Positions 31,901 to 39,999 of a stretch of DNA of 64,000 bases are shown here, in pieces. The DNA lies in IMG/VR virus record IMGVR_UViG_3300031953_000004, positions 18,433 to 82,432 of that record; one strand, 5' to 3'. The notes beneath the pieces are model-generated. The model was not told where the DNA came from and searched no databases. It saw only the letters and a program-made list of their open reading frames with translations. The DNA comes from a virus. Lineage: Duplodnaviria > Caudoviricetes. Numbering within the stretch: the first letter of the stretch is position 1; each line of letters starts with the position of its first letter. Both the position numbers and the translations under genes were made by a program.

Positions 31901-34844
31901 TTCCGACCTGGATTTGGTATCCAAGAACAGCACCCCGATTCCAACCAATGTAATCAAGGAGTTGAAAGATGTGGTGGCGCTGAGGTATTCCCAGAAATCC
32001 AGCAATCCTTTTAACAAGGTCAATATGTATCCCTCAGAAATGAAGGATATGAAGAAAGCCAGGATCAAGATGCTATCCAATGAGAGCGTGTTCAAGAACC
32101 TGAAAAAGAACTATGCCTCAGGATTGTATGTGAATGCGATTGCTAAGAGCAAGGGGCAGGTCACAAGACAGCTTTATGAAATCCCTAAATTCACAAAACA
32201 GGAGATCTCTGAAATCGAGAAGATAAAGATCAATAAGGAACGTGAGCGAGCTATCAGAAACCTCGCATATAAAAAGATGGTATTGATTCCCAATACACTT
32301 ATCGGAAATGGGAACGTGAATTTGATCGGTATTCAGGATAGCTCTACCGGAAGTCCTATGGAACCAACCTACAAAAAGACACAGGAAAAAGGGGTGGATC
32401 ATATGACCCTCGGAACAATCTCTTATGAAGAGGCTATTTCCGCTATGGAACAAGAAGTGGGAATGGATGCTAGAGTAGATTATGATTCCGAAGAGTTCTG
32501 GCAGGAGAAGGAACTTTCCTTCGCACAATACAATCAGGCCATGGAGTTCAATGAACACGTAAGCCCTACGATGCGAAAAGCGATGTATGCCTCTTATCAA
32601 AAAAAAAAGATAGAGGCGAATGAGATCGCCAAGACATTGGAGGTAGAAGGCAGGTCCACAGAGGACTTGCTTTCCGATTATACAAAATACGGTGAAGAAG
32701 ATGCCTATGCGTATTCCATTGTAATGACCCCGATCCTAAAGCAGCTTGCAAGGAACCTGATCGCGGACCAGGCACAGCTGTTCAAGGATAATGGCGTGGA
32801 ATCCAAAGGGGAAACAGGAGAGGATATCAGTGCCTTGAACGCACTATTCATATCAGGCTCTACCATTCCAAGCGACCATCCGGCAGCACAGGCAATGGCA
32901 CGTACCTTGGAGCGTGAATACAAGACTTTTATCGGGGAGAAGAAAAAGTATATCAGGGAGATGAACGACATCACCCAGAAGCTCTACGATGAGAAACTGA
33001 ACTATGGGAACAACAGGATCGTCAGAGCATTGAAAAAACTGCGTGACAATGTATTTTACAGACAGGAGGTGTACCAGAAATTGTACGGGAACCTGGTTAT
33101 CCGTGAAGAGGTCAAAGATGATAAGACGGGAAAGGTGACCTATGATTTCAGGTTACGTCCGGAAAAGGATATACAGAAGGATTTTGAAGAGGGGAGGATC
33201 AGCAAGGCTGAGAAGGATTTTTATGATTACTTCAAGAAGACCACGAATGATCTGAAGGCTGATGTGAAGAATGAGCTAAAGGACTACATACCACATACTG
33301 CAATGACCACGATGGAAGCATTTGCTTCCAGGGGATTGCTCGGGTTGATGGCGAACAGCAGAGGGGAGAACGAAGCGTTGTCCGATGTAAAGCTATATCA
33401 TAAAAATATAGAAGGAGAGAATAAGCTGATGAGCTTTCGGGAGATAGAAGACCAATTCAAGGCAGATGCCGCACAGCAGTACAAGAAAGCTGATGTGGAA
33501 AAAATCTTAGAGTATCAGAAGATAAAGAGAAAAGCCAAGAAGCTATTAAAAACAGGAAAGAACGATGATGGTTCCACCATTAAGATGAGTATCGTATCGG
33601 TAGAAACCGCACTTGGATTTGGAGCTGTAAACAGGTTTGCCAACAACCGTTCTGTAAAGGCCACAGAACTTCCGTCAATGGATTTAAATAAAGCTTTGGG
33701 AGATTATATTCACTCCACATTGTTTGTCAATGGAAACGAGAATTTTCAGGGGATGAAGAAGTTACAGGGATTGGTCGATGGTGTACTGGCGTACAACAGG
33801 GAGAAGGGATATGACAATATGAACTCGCACGTTCAGAAGGTGTGGAAAGATTATTTCATAAGGGGAAAAAGACAGGATTCTGTATTAGGAAAGAAAGCCG
33901 ATAACGTGATACGTTCCTTGACAAGAATGAATTTATTCTATGCTTTGGGATATCAAGCCAATAAAAACACGCTTGGATTGTATGCGGTAGGAAATGTCCT
34001 TGTGGGGAAATACCACAATATTAAAGATTTAGGTGGGAAAGAGTGGATAAGGGGAGAAGCTAAATATTGGGGATTGGACAAAGGAATGCAGGGAGGACTC
34101 GAGGGAGTGTTCCAACGGCATAAAAGGATGCAGAGGATTTTGAAGAATATGAACTTTATGGATATCAATATTTACGATGAGGTAAATATCGAGAAGAAGG
34201 AAGGTCTGGATAAGATGATAGGTAACCTTGCCCTGATGCCGATGCTGGCATCTGAACACTGGATTCAGCGGGTGCATATGTTGGGGTTATTGTCTGAAGA
34301 AGATCTGGGTAAATTCGATGATAACGGAGATTTAAAGCCTGGTGAGAAAGTTGATAATACTCGGCTTATTGAATTGGAAGATAGAGTAAAGGCATCACAC
34401 GGTAGAGGCTATCAGCCTACAGACCAACGTGCCATACAGATGTACAGCTACGGGAATATGATGATGCAGTTTGCCAAGTTCATTCCTACAATGGTACACG
34501 ACAGGTTCAGCAAGCGTGATGTGAACATCTATGGTCGGGAGCATATTGGAACTCTTAGGGCGGTAGGTTCCACACTTAGGAACCTGATCAACAATCCTGA
34601 AGGAAAGTCGATGATGGAGTATTACAAAGGATTGCCCGAGCCTGAGAAGCAACGGGTACAAAGCGGATTGCGAGGGATGGCACTGACAGGCATTATTGGT
34701 GCCGGTGCGATTATAACGGGAAGTAAGCTGGCAGATGAGTTGTACTGGGATAGCAACTACTATTTCAACAGTAGTAAGCTTGGGAATAAAGTAATTCCGG
34801 CTGCAATTCAATCGACAGATCGGTTGTTATCTGGATTATTTTAA
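22980..34844 (+). CDS. Giant virion RNA polymerase (two-barrel, crAss-like) with internal zincin domain
   Basis: ATRVPSS...TGGDFDGDSLF catalytic motif (DFDGD 30375-30389, aa 2466); GTDSGQYI candidate second-barrel motif (aa ~1988); WVYMHELSH (26472-26486) with downstream IEE. Confidence 0.9.
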   Translation: MSNILDRRKARIKGEEEPQQIPEGQPDQFEAISQGRTPDYGDMDPEKKRKAAEEAQNPSRIDTPLNVPQGQEQEQAAQRNMVAGQQVGGMGVENSRDVQGDPTSWSPEYTMRSFADETANSFLYGAFGQVVHDVGGIAQLLGAAIPGSAMGTLKDGNWISNTLQEIGQDNMDDYQAYIPEELKNGKFGWADVINPKFYSVDIARQIPGMIAYIKAAKYAGGISRGILGQIAKRTPGTILGGTRTATAMGKEVYGSGAGLLGKLATDTGLTGAGETVAGILGAGLASNLIAGMLQASQLVNEHKNDKIGDTDELMFNEDELGEMASNTMKNNAAYLAVDMLSWGITYGGVGKLLKGKNALRGGRMYNKAERLGISGKMARMELAPLLKKTLIGSKNFAGKTAFEGLEESVQETWEEWASQKAYAEATGDPEKLLDPQGFYDYYTSPGNRKTIAVSAILGGVGANLMGGTGSSALLNKKAEEHYQLHNRKENLSTIMQHATEAEKTWTAFHRRDQLTDIAIDDNIPAERKQELFDGFLEKQIKEGTIDEKQVAQLEEMFTQAIDIKEKGEALNIKGLRALVQSNSDVAYFDDLMIQYKEEAAKQTAIISEAAAETGANVVPRLEGIQKKLDENLRNAAALKAYSIEQRTNLLLGKKANPLKLKVEKDEYGNEIVTGGLSTQDYNQFTKDGEVKPGSKNFVDFKSLTKKGKEAVGGIVDFFKSGKKEETTEDGKPKKSETDTFWDGVPEVEVTKEDFENFQNSKDGEISDDILKSIAKKMSGKSKNNTISKQERDIYNAKSAEVENFIKEFKAADDTAIANDAKNSKDKPKDKPKPPKDGKEPGKTEDDENEDVDDDPDPENSDSENAFTKAERNAKSIFGKVKGFVKDSVSGARNAINNQGLDTDVAKGEAKKYFKKMSDFFKDTKGIQSGMKAKAQKILTDVKALLDQDGELTTKVKAQLKAKMSDLSNLANTQMKSETLSDQKAREDEEGSTDYKADKNAIKDAADEAKAEVKEDAPVGKDARAMDFIKGKVNQVKNIQMVRQNLADAAFFKNLRERIKNFDGDSKSTDAISQNEIDNYLNKRSTINIYGPSDVDKMSAVNHALKNIFPEVDEVEHNGKKAGAPVRALIAKNLFDVVGSQGLGYSLASTIFIDSKAWDQDWVYMHELSHIFFKLGMQQSETKQAAREYMKNQPLVDQIMKTYHDMVIYNIKGEDGKLAPMTKKSAVATIMKRENVPSSIALQAFNHEVENKNILQAPMNEQGYIIEEVFTHSLQGPLSENYGKMFDIKNEPVRQKYTKSWWGAIRTRSEENYGESNVKQLLRTLDGREPLPGETQKDFILAAFSAVAKGAALDIQGMDARVTEIDMEYEAEIEDINERVRKSFKHDMEAISMMDEKELADMWEDAEIGLEENGNAFFNTAYNKHAQKATKMLHRFGIVYQKSLRQSFAKKNVGTEKPGDWKKRPEFDRDLFESHIFELAKENDRSAFIRHIENSALEEVQAFNRYMEHVYPETKMQLLNSMFYVMSNARHISGLTTVLTNKGDIEMYDSMSNTESAQSQNILEKLGKKFKGDAADLVEIEQLRAAVKRIYAMKAEDGDFVTVLRAYSGPSIRVGKILNEGSLVYKGNRMPIESVITGLVRRGEFFFETKGVKNPNTLSTYGGKFLAEAIVNTNRKFTPYSTIKNAQGNMESVRITNNNITNEVDDMIDFLSGKMKGKKPTKEEFLKRYSHENYKLQSKKGPNHNQNHNRLLEFMYDNYQKGIMPTVSQDHGLQDDKNDKGSVYKGSSDVEQRMKDFLMFVKSSRSPGRKNPNKTYIGQIGAFADSPRKFLMNMPRIAFEEVFNPDRSLKNDGKVLGSVYNLHQQLFNDDLSKSRKKFNQSLRDAINAQVAFVNDNAKAFGDIKTMQDYFENGKLTKEGENLIAEYEVNSSINGYNIVDAFLPGVKGDSVTKRLKMNGSPIYGFKNPNLKIEWLSFADEIINGSIAGTDSGQYILEKHAIKIQNAGKGVFEIKDGIKILNGHIEKDNAAFKGKSAYLKGFTTIVDENHPLYPAMNMRVEKYEKWYAKQPGNEGKLPSNDLGDGSLNHILIASPQSADKSGFFPKFQKDTDGVVSSISEVKVKFRGKDFNLDGAMLQPEALRLNPEYINDLMDAMYYTEGGEFIGISSQNFGPQQVMNGIENYSGTPVQLVNNVLVGAAASIGGMDKALEIQDLISEQKWEMLKGTLKKLESHNPVAYKKLLLDGLNKEDMNQGQRILIEEGGSIAAPYNTEILVNQLSKMIRRKGNKLQTPGSLSQQKPDISYNVKKGGVFTSKKLKNYQRNADGTNSPMEMVAPNNMEGKYHKREALTIYNAKHAIETRMKGWSNKKQSQSGEYDEMKALKDAAIDMARKRYGVNEKDALKHIGIEKNDAGVQIGWHVKGDIVIATRVPSSKPGDTGVFEIIDFDQNKKANQVVVPLEFNEYTGGDFDGDSLFIQAKGKGDQAKTYAKWNQAMDKIIDLWLSADMNDQIKAKMVFEKETQAIIDKIEIDFPKATRKPFPFSSEYRAKEYNNTMVSKRSVGIVFNIHKIANMLAAYEIPMKTGKSVKIGGREFQKFQDIEKGEASRNHRSAILANIILDNAAHGFADSLGLNEHNISFASVLVNMGVSLEDMGRLLNSEAAQLWAKHNRYNKSLFHETTSREKIVKAIYDELGVTDRPSADKINVNPKNAKERSEQANIVALFEMLSDINSEIQSVSGMMSGHNKIHVNPLVLNDQLEKYEKAIRNNNDNQVLNFSPEFRNNPDLKNYERVARATLEHTQVLHPVYRDATNEMLADFQKQIGGDLSESQIEEISRDILSWNASRLLGYNNTNKQELADIMSTDVNNKKSVFYKLGLYMDQMNKLDFDKSLLLTKALKVNLNHKYEKGMGIWANADMVNESFNPVERAQVQREFDEMPIDLQKALIVYDLAQRGWKGYNSIVPFFGKETIADINLASDLDLVSKNSTPIPTNVIKELKDVVALRYSQKSSNPFNKVNMYPSEMKDMKKARIKMLSNESVFKNLKKNYASGLYVNAIAKSKGQVTRQLYEIPKFTKQEISEIEKIKINKERERAIRNLAYKKMVLIPNTLIGNGNVNLIGIQDSSTGSPMEPTYKKTQEKGVDHMTLGTISYEEAISAMEQEVGMDARVDYDSEEFWQEKELSFAQYNQAMEFNEHVSPTMRKAMYASYQKKKIEANEIAKTLEVEGRSTEDLLSDYTKYGEEDAYAYSIVMTPILKQLARNLIADQAQLFKDNGVESKGETGEDISALNALFISGSTIPSDHPAAQAMARTLEREYKTFIGEKKKYIREMNDITQKLYDEKLNYGNNRIVRALKKLRDNVFYRQEVYQKLYGNLVIREEVKDDKTGKVTYDFRLRPEKDIQKDFEEGRISKAEKDFYDYFKKTTNDLKADVKNELKDYIPHTAMTTMEAFASRGLLGLMANSRGENEALSDVKLYHKNIEGENKLMSFREIEDQFKADAAQQYKKADVEKILEYQKIKRKAKKLLKTGKNDDGSTIKMSIVSVETALGFGAVNRFANNRSVKATELPSMDLNKALGDYIHSTLFVNGNENFQGMKKLQGLVDGVLAYNREKGYDNMNSHVQKVWKDYFIRGKRQDSVLGKKADNVIRSLTRMNLFYALGYQANKNTLGLYAVGNVLVGKYHNIKDLGGKEWIRGEAKYWGLDKGMQGGLEGVFQRHKRMQRILKNMNFMDINIYDEVNIEKKEGLDKMIGNLALMPMLASEHWIQRVHMLGLLSEEDLGKFDDNGDLKPGEKVDNTRLIELEDRVKASHGRGYQPTDQRAIQMYSYGNMMMQFAKFIPTMVHDRFSKRDVNIYGREHIGTLRAVGSTLRNLINNPEGKSMMEYYKGLPEPEKQRVQSGLRGMALTGIIGAGAIITGSKLADELYWDSNYYFNSSKLGNKVIPAAIQSTDRLLSGLF

Positions 34845-34877
34845 TATCTTTATGCAGTCAATTTGATATTGGTTTTT

Positions 34878-34921
34878 AAAAAGCCCGTCTATTTCCCCCC
34901 AGAAAATAGAACGGGCTTTTT
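34878..34921. terminator. Bidirectional intrinsic terminator between the converging arms
   Basis: AAAAAGCCCGT-CTATT...AATAG-ACGGGCTTTTT inverted repeat with T-runs on both strands. Confidence 0.85.
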
Positions 34922-35049
34922 CTTTTATCTAACCTTGTGCTTCCCCATAAGCACATTGTAAACATAAGACAATATGTCGTATTATTTTAATAGACAGCTC
35001 TTTATTTTATGTTAAAGTTTTGAAGCCTAATGTTTTATGGGGGTTTTCC

Positions 35050-35361
35050 CTATCTTTCGTATCTACTTATTTCATAATCTTCTAAGAACAAAGTAGTCCA
35101 GAAAGTACGTTCACAGTTAGTGCAATGCCACTGCTTATATTGACTTCCTGCAACAGAGGTCGGTACACCTTTACCTCCACATCTAGGACATTTCTTTTTC
35201 TGAATTAAACGTAAATATCCGATTGGCACTACAACAGCTCCTATGAATGCGGGAAGCGCCCACCAAGATTTTTGATCAAGGAAATAAAGCATTAATACAG
35301 TTCCTGATAACACGATTATCATCAGTCCAAGATTTTTGGATATAGCTATTAGATACTTCAT
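35050..35361 (-). CDS. Two-TM protein with C-terminal zinc ribbon
   Basis: Hydrophobic N-half; CPRC...CTNC. Confidence 0.65.
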   Translation of the reverse strand: MKYLIAISKNLGLMIIVLSGTVLMLYFLDQKSWWALPAFIGAVVVPIGYLRLIQKKKCPRCGGKGVPTSVAGSQYKQWHCTNCERTFWTTLFLEDYEISRYER

Positions 35362-35585
35362 TTCTGTCTGCTCTTTTTAAAGCCTTCCACAAAACCCCGG
35401 TCATACATTGCGGTGTAGCTGGTGTCCTGCAGTCGGAGGATAGGCATCAGGGGAACGATGGGCTTGATACATAACTCCCGTTCATAGCAGTAGCCGTGAA
35501 CGTAGCCGTCCTTCCAACCTTCTTCAATTGGATCCTGGAAAGCGAGGCACATCAGGATTCCGATAATCAATAATAGTTTTTTCAT
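35358..35585 (-). CDS. Small exported protein
   Basis: MKKLLLIIGILMCLA signal-like start. Confidence 0.55.
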   Translation of the reverse strand: MKKLLLIIGILMCLAFQDPIEEGWKDGYVHGYCYERELCIKPIVPLMPILRLQDTSYTAMYDRGFVEGFKKSRQK

Positions 35586-35797
35586 TATTTCAATTTTTTA
35601 GGTTTTACAATTCCAAACATACTATTAGGCTGTATTTCAACAGCATCAGGAAATTCCCTTCTGTCACAGATTGTACCTTTCCTATTACAACCGGCATAAC
35701 CGGAAGCATTCAGTCCTTTAATCCAAGCCACCCTTTCTTCGGGAGTGCTCTCTATAGAAAGGTCGTTTAGTTTAAAAATCTTATTGTCTTCTATCAT
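35585..35797 (-). CDS. Hypothetical protein
   Basis: 70 aa, coupled to neighbours. Confidence 0.6.
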   Translation of the reverse strand: MIEDNKIFKLNDLSIESTPEERVAWIKGLNASGYAGCNRKGTICDRREFPDAVEIQPNSMFGIVKPKKLK

Positions 35798-35997
35798 AGT
35801 TTATATTCTTTAGCATAATATCTATTGTATGAGGCCGTCGCTTCAAGGCGTGTATGTGGTCCTTGTGGTTTCGGGTAGTGTTTCTTTTCTCTTCGTTTCT
35901 TTAAAAACGGTTGTTTCTTCCTGAGGGCGATCAGCATAATGGTCAATGGATCTGGTTCAGATAAGAAGGTTCCCGCGGGAACAAGGTTGTCTAACAT
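35794..35997 (-). CDS. Basic hypothetical protein
   Basis: ATG 35997 (MLDNLVP...), Lys/Arg-rich. Confidence 0.45.
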   Translation of the reverse strand: MLDNLVPAGTFLSEPDPLTIMLIALRKKQPFLKKRREKKHYPKPQGPHTRLEATASYNRYYAKEYKL

Positions 35998-36108
35998 AAA
36001 TCGAATTGTTTTATAACCACCAAAAGACAAGCCAGAACGCAGAGAGCTGTTGTGATTCTCCTGCGATCATTGTTTACAGCTTGTCCTTCAGGGTTAGTTT
36101 TAAGTGGC

Positions 36109-36711
36109 TTATTTTGCTTTTGAGCTCACATCGATCTGTGCAGCCATTAGGGCACCGGACTTTTCAAATTCCCTGAGCCTGTTGTCAGGAGTAGCGTTCC
36201 AGTATTTAATATCCCAAGGCCAGAATTGATGTCTTCTGTTGACTTCTCTATGATCTGGACTAATAGCATAAGCGATCGAGGCCATTGCGAGTTCTTCATC
36301 GCTGTAAAGGCTTTTGTCTTTTTCGATATCATAACCTTTGACTTCTTTCTGTCTGGCACGTTCCTCACAGATGGCAGCACAACCGAGACCGAACTCAGAT
36401 TTAATGGCTCGAAGCAAACTTTCTCTAGTAAGCTGCTTCATAGTTGAAATATTCCAGCCCCTATCATTTGGTTGAGGTGGAACCTTAATGTCAACTCCTT
36501 TTGGATAAAAGAAATACTCCTGAAAGCATTGCACACTACAGAAATGGAGATCTTTATTTTTACCTAAAGAAATTACTTTACGAGAAGCTTTTATATTATT
36601 TATTATCACAAGACTTTCTTCGTCTGTGCTTCCAATTGAAAGCCAATCTTTTAAATTTTCTACTTCGTGATTGCAATCAGCACAATCACAGGAATAATGT
36701 AAGTTTTTCAT
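36109..36711 (-). CDS. Zn-binding N-domain fused to a common phage domain of unknown function
   Basis: CDCADC...HFCSVQC; EERARQ..KGYDIEKD..ELAMASIAYA..WPW..YW..RLREFEKSGALMAAQID. Confidence 0.7.
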   Translation of the reverse strand: MKNLHYSCDCADCNHEVENLKDWLSIGSTDEESLVIINNIKASRKVISLGKNKDLHFCSVQCFQEYFFYPKGVDIKVPPQPNDRGWNISTMKQLTRESLLRAIKSEFGLGCAAICEERARQKEVKGYDIEKDKSLYSDEELAMASIAYAISPDHREVNRRHQFWPWDIKYWNATPDNRLREFEKSGALMAAQIDVSSKAK

Positions 36712-36944
36712 TATGACGCGTTTTTAAAGTTATAACCTATTATTTGTCTTTCCCTTGTGATCATCCGTGCAGAAGCTTTTATGTCGTACTGCTGCCGGAG
36801 CAATCTCAGGTATAGGAACGGGTTGCTCTTGGTATTGATGAAGATGTTCCCCGTACTGCAATAAATTGCCCTGGCGATCTTCTCCACGTTCCGTAAGGTC
36901 ATACGGCATACCACTGGTTCAGTATTTCTGAATACTACTTTCAT
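36711..36944 (-). CDS. Hypothetical protein
   Basis: 77-aa ORF in the operon. Confidence 0.5.
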   Translation of the reverse strand: MKVVFRNTEPVVCRMTLRNVEKIARAIYCSTGNIFINTKSNPFLYLRLLRQQYDIKASARMITRERQIIGYNFKNAS

Positions 36945-36945
36945 A

Positions 36946-37260
36946 TTAATAAGCTACTTTTTTATCCCAACTAGGAATTGTTTTTTCAGCTCTATCCCAA
37001 AGAGCATCTAAGGTCTTTTTTAAAAGCTGAAAATAAAAGTTTCCGCATAGATGCATATAGCCATCTTCATCACCAAAATTGATATGTGAACAACCATCCC
37101 ACTTTATAGAGCCTTTTATATATTGCTCTTTTTCCGTGGGGTTGTCGTCATTATCCCATTCAGTAACTATATATGTTGTAAAATTCATTACAACATCAGA
37201 TTTAACTTCTGCTTCTATAAGAATTACAGGTGATGCATTATTGCTTATAAGTACTTCCAT
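36946..37260 (-). CDS. Hypothetical protein
   Basis: 104 aa, AT-rich; GSIKWDGCSHINF. Confidence 0.6.
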   Translation of the reverse strand: MEVLISNNASPVILIEAEVKSDVVMNFTTYIVTEWDNDDNPTEKEQYIKGSIKWDGCSHINFGDEDGYMHLCGNFYFQLLKKTLDALWDRAEKTIPSWDKKVAY

Positions 37261-37973
37261 TACAATAGTGTTTGTTGGTTACTCTTGGCTTTCCACTCGC
37301 GGTCTTCCTTCAACAACTGGTTAATGGTCGACTGCTGCCGTTCCACATAGTTCTTCAGGCTGTTGGTCTTGAAGGGGATCTTCCTGCTCATAGATGCCTG
37401 GTCAGTAAACAGATACCGGTTCGGGGTGAAGGTCTTTGCAAATAGGTTCGTCTTGATTCCGTGCTTCCCGCTGTTTGCCGGTACGATCTTGTTTATGTAT
37501 AGGCCGTAGTAATGCATCAGGGTCTTCTGTATGAACGGAAAGACGTGAGAGGAACGAATGTTCCCCGAGAACTGCAATACGGCAGCTGGTGGCTTCACAT
37601 CGATATATGACACGATCTCCATCTCATCCATCAGTTCCCGATAGTGGGAAACAAAGGTGGGGATCCCGAACCTGAAATGACCATCTGGCCAATACAATTC
37701 GGTAAAAACATTCAAGGCCTTTGGCATCCACACAACCCGGTAATCATACCCGTAGTGGGATGCCCCCAATAGGGAGATGTCTTCCAGGGTATTGTCCTTG
37801 GTCTTGAAATGCTTCTCCCTCTTGTGGTCAAAGGAAGGGAATACTGTAAAGGTTTCCGGTTCCCTGTCATAGTACTTGATGTACCCCTCTGCTTTAAGCT
37901 CGTCCAGATACCAGGAGAAGTAAAGTTCTCCTGGATTGATATCTGTCTGCTTGGGTGCTTTCCCATTATTCAT
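37260..37973 (-). CDS. Putative PD-(D/E)xK endonuclease
   Basis: GELYF.WYLDEL..EPETF..YGYDYRV..YIDVKP pattern resembles TnsA/DUF1064-like nucleases. Confidence 0.55.
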   Translation of the reverse strand: MNNGKAPKQTDINPGELYFSWYLDELKAEGYIKYYDREPETFTVFPSFDHKREKHFKTKDNTLEDISLLGASHYGYDYRVVWMPKALNVFTELYWPDGHFRFGIPTFVSHYRELMDEMEIVSYIDVKPPAAVLQFSGNIRSSHVFPFIQKTLMHYYGLYINKIVPANSGKHGIKTNLFAKTFTPNRYLFTDQASMSRKIPFKTNSLKNYVERQQSTINQLLKEDREWKAKSNQQTLL

Positions 37974-38730
37974 AGTGCTTGCTTATTTCACCACCGAACA
38001 GGTTGCCCTGATCTTTGGTTATTTCCACATTCTCCTTGGAAGGTGGTGGTGGCAATACAGGACTTGATTCCTTAAAGATAGCATTCACCGTTTCATTTCT
38101 TACAAATGATTCAAGGTTGTCATACTTGAAGCTCTCCACAGCGGCATCGTACTCCGGCATAATATACCCAAAGAAATGCTTCCTGTTCTTGAAGGTGAAC
38201 TTCACAGGCTTGTTCTGTGCAATGAAATCCAACACGATATAGTCTGACTTGAACAAAGCTGTCAGCGTATCGTAGATCAGCTTTAATGACTGAAACGGAA
38301 TCGCAATGGAGCTGACCAGGTTGTCCTTCATCTTGTCCAGAGCAATTAGGTTCTTTAGCGGTTCATAGAAGCTCACGTCCACTTCCTTGTGGTGGAGTTC
38401 CTTTGCGTACTTTGGGGTTTCGATATAGAGCATCCCGTTACGGACTTCCATATTCGCCCCTGCAGTAAGCTCGTTCCAGTACTTGTCGTTGAAGAGCTTC
38501 CCTTCCATCAGGAACAGGATGCTTTCAAGGTCTTCCAGTTCATCGCGGTTGTCGATATCACAGTCGAGGGTGAAGTACTCATAGAGGTCCACCACCAGGC
38601 AGAAGTCGTTCCGGAAGATGATTGCATGTTGATTGATAACGGCAATCCCTTTTCGGGGATCGCCATCGGGATAGTCCTTGGTGTCTTTCAACAAGGCTTT
38701 ATTAAGCTTGGGGAATGTTAGGTTTATCAT
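37966..38730 (-). CDS. Putative sliding-clamp-like protein (short DnaN-like)
   Basis: Alternating beta/alpha pattern; closing NKPVKF...FGYIMP resembles the YLIMP end of beta-clamp domains. Confidence 0.45.
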   Translation of the reverse strand: MINLTFPKLNKALLKDTKDYPDGDPRKGIAVINQHAIIFRNDFCLVVDLYEYFTLDCDIDNRDELEDLESILFLMEGKLFNDKYWNELTAGANMEVRNGMLYIETPKYAKELHHKEVDVSFYEPLKNLIALDKMKDNLVSSIAIPFQSLKLIYDTLTALFKSDYIVLDFIAQNKPVKFTFKNRKHFFGYIMPEYDAAVESFKYDNLESFVRNETVNAIFKESSPVLPPPPSKENVEITKDQGNLFGGEISKHYE

Positions 38731-38732
38731 AG

Positions 38733-39812
38733 TTAATAGTGTTTATTTATAAGGATTTCTAATTCATTGTAAAGATCTTTGACTTCTTGTGAAGCACCAC
38801 CTTGTTGTATTCTTGCTAAAAGCTTCTGTTGCTCAAATTTAAGAGTAGTCAATACAGATGTGACCAAAAGGTTCTTTTCATTCGGTTCAGTCCTTTGAAT
38901 ATCATCAGTATCTAAAGCTGTAGCAGGATCATAAACATTACCAGCCATAGGAGAAACACCAAGCGGTGGAGCTGGAATGACTTCCTTAGCTTTCTCAGCA
39001 GCATAGGCTACCCGCTTCGCTTCGTATTCCTCGAACTTCTGGTCAAGTTTGAATACAGCCCGTTCCTTCGCTTTGAGAAAGCCTTCCTGAAGTTCTTCAA
39101 CAGTCGTATCATCCAGAGTAAGAACATCTACACCGGCAATTATGCTGTTCCAGGTTTTCTGTGCGATCTTAGCCTTTAAAGCTGCCAAGGCATCTTCATT
39201 ATTATTAAAGATAGCATCATCCACAGCATTGGTAATCTCTTCCTGAATACGCGTATATTTGATCGTATTGTAAAGGTTGCTTACCTCGCTCTGTTTCTGC
39301 AGGCGTTCAGCTTCTTCATTGGCAGCAGCGATTTGAGCATTCATCGCAGCGTTCTTCTTGTCGAGTGCTGCCTGTTTGGCTTTCTCCAACTCATCCTCGT
39401 ACTCCTGAAACTCTTCAAGGATAGTCTCCTTTATCTTATCGGATTCTCCCTTAAAGGTATTCTCCACATTCAGGATATCCGACTTCATAGCATTGATAGG
39501 ATCTTTGATCTCCTTCATCTTGCGTTTCAGTTCTCCGTTAAAAGTCCCTACTTCTTTCTTAACCTCTTTGTATAACTTTATACACTCCGGGGTGAATTCT
39601 AATTCTTCATCGCGTTCCAGCCTCAGCTTAGAGGCTTTCTCCCGTAGTTCTACATATTTCTGAACTACTGGTACGAAAATCATAAGTTGTGCTGTAGGGA
39701 GCGAGCCTGATAAGACTCGCACTACTTCTACAGCTTCTGTCGGAAGGGCATCGATTTGCTCTTCTGTCAATACTTGGATCTCTTTGATCTCATTCTTCTT
39801 TGTTGTTCCCAT
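38733..39812 (-). CDS. Coiled-coil protein (DUF1351/Gp157-like)
   Basis: Long Glu/Lys/Ala heptad region. Confidence 0.55.
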   Translation of the reverse strand: MGTTKKNEIKEIQVLTEEQIDALPTEAVEVVRVLSGSLPTAQLMIFVPVVQKYVELREKASKLRLERDEELEFTPECIKLYKEVKKEVGTFNGELKRKMKEIKDPINAMKSDILNVENTFKGESDKIKETILEEFQEYEDELEKAKQAALDKKNAAMNAQIAAANEEAERLQKQSEVSNLYNTIKYTRIQEEITNAVDDAIFNNNEDALAALKAKIAQKTWNSIIAGVDVLTLDDTTVEELQEGFLKAKERAVFKLDQKFEEYEAKRVAYAAEKAKEVIPAPPLGVSPMAGNVYDPATALDTDDIQRTEPNEKNLLVTSVLTTLKFEQQKLLARIQQGGASQEVKDLYNELEILINKHY

Positions 39813-39840
39813 TTGTTTGGTTTTAAGGGGTTAATAATTA

Positions 39841-39996
39841 TTACTCGTTTCCGTAGATTTCAGCTTCCTCTTGGATGTTGCTGATCTCTACCAGTTCTAT
39901 TCCTCTTATGTCAAAACCCGTGAGGATCCTCTGGAATATTTCTGTTTTACTGAGGTCGGCATCGACCTCTAAGGTTACATTAATTTGCTGTGTCAT
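39841..39996 (-). CDS. 51-aa acidic hypothetical protein (not in ORF track)
   Basis: MTQQINVTLEVDADLSKTEIFQRILTGFDIRGIELVEISNIQEEAEIYGNE fills the intergenic gap. Confidence 0.6.
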   Translation of the reverse strand: MTQQINVTLEVDADLSKTEIFQRILTGFDIRGIELVEISNIQEEAEIYGNE

Positions 39997-39999
39997 AAT

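Noticed and set aside
32599-32608. A10 run inside the vRNAP as a frameshift site
   Set aside because: Reads in-frame as QKKK and I see no downstream gene in another frame that it would join
22980-34844. N4-type (T7-like single-subunit) virion RNAP
   Set aside because: Size is similar, but the DFDGD motif preceded by RVP indicates a two-barrel enzyme
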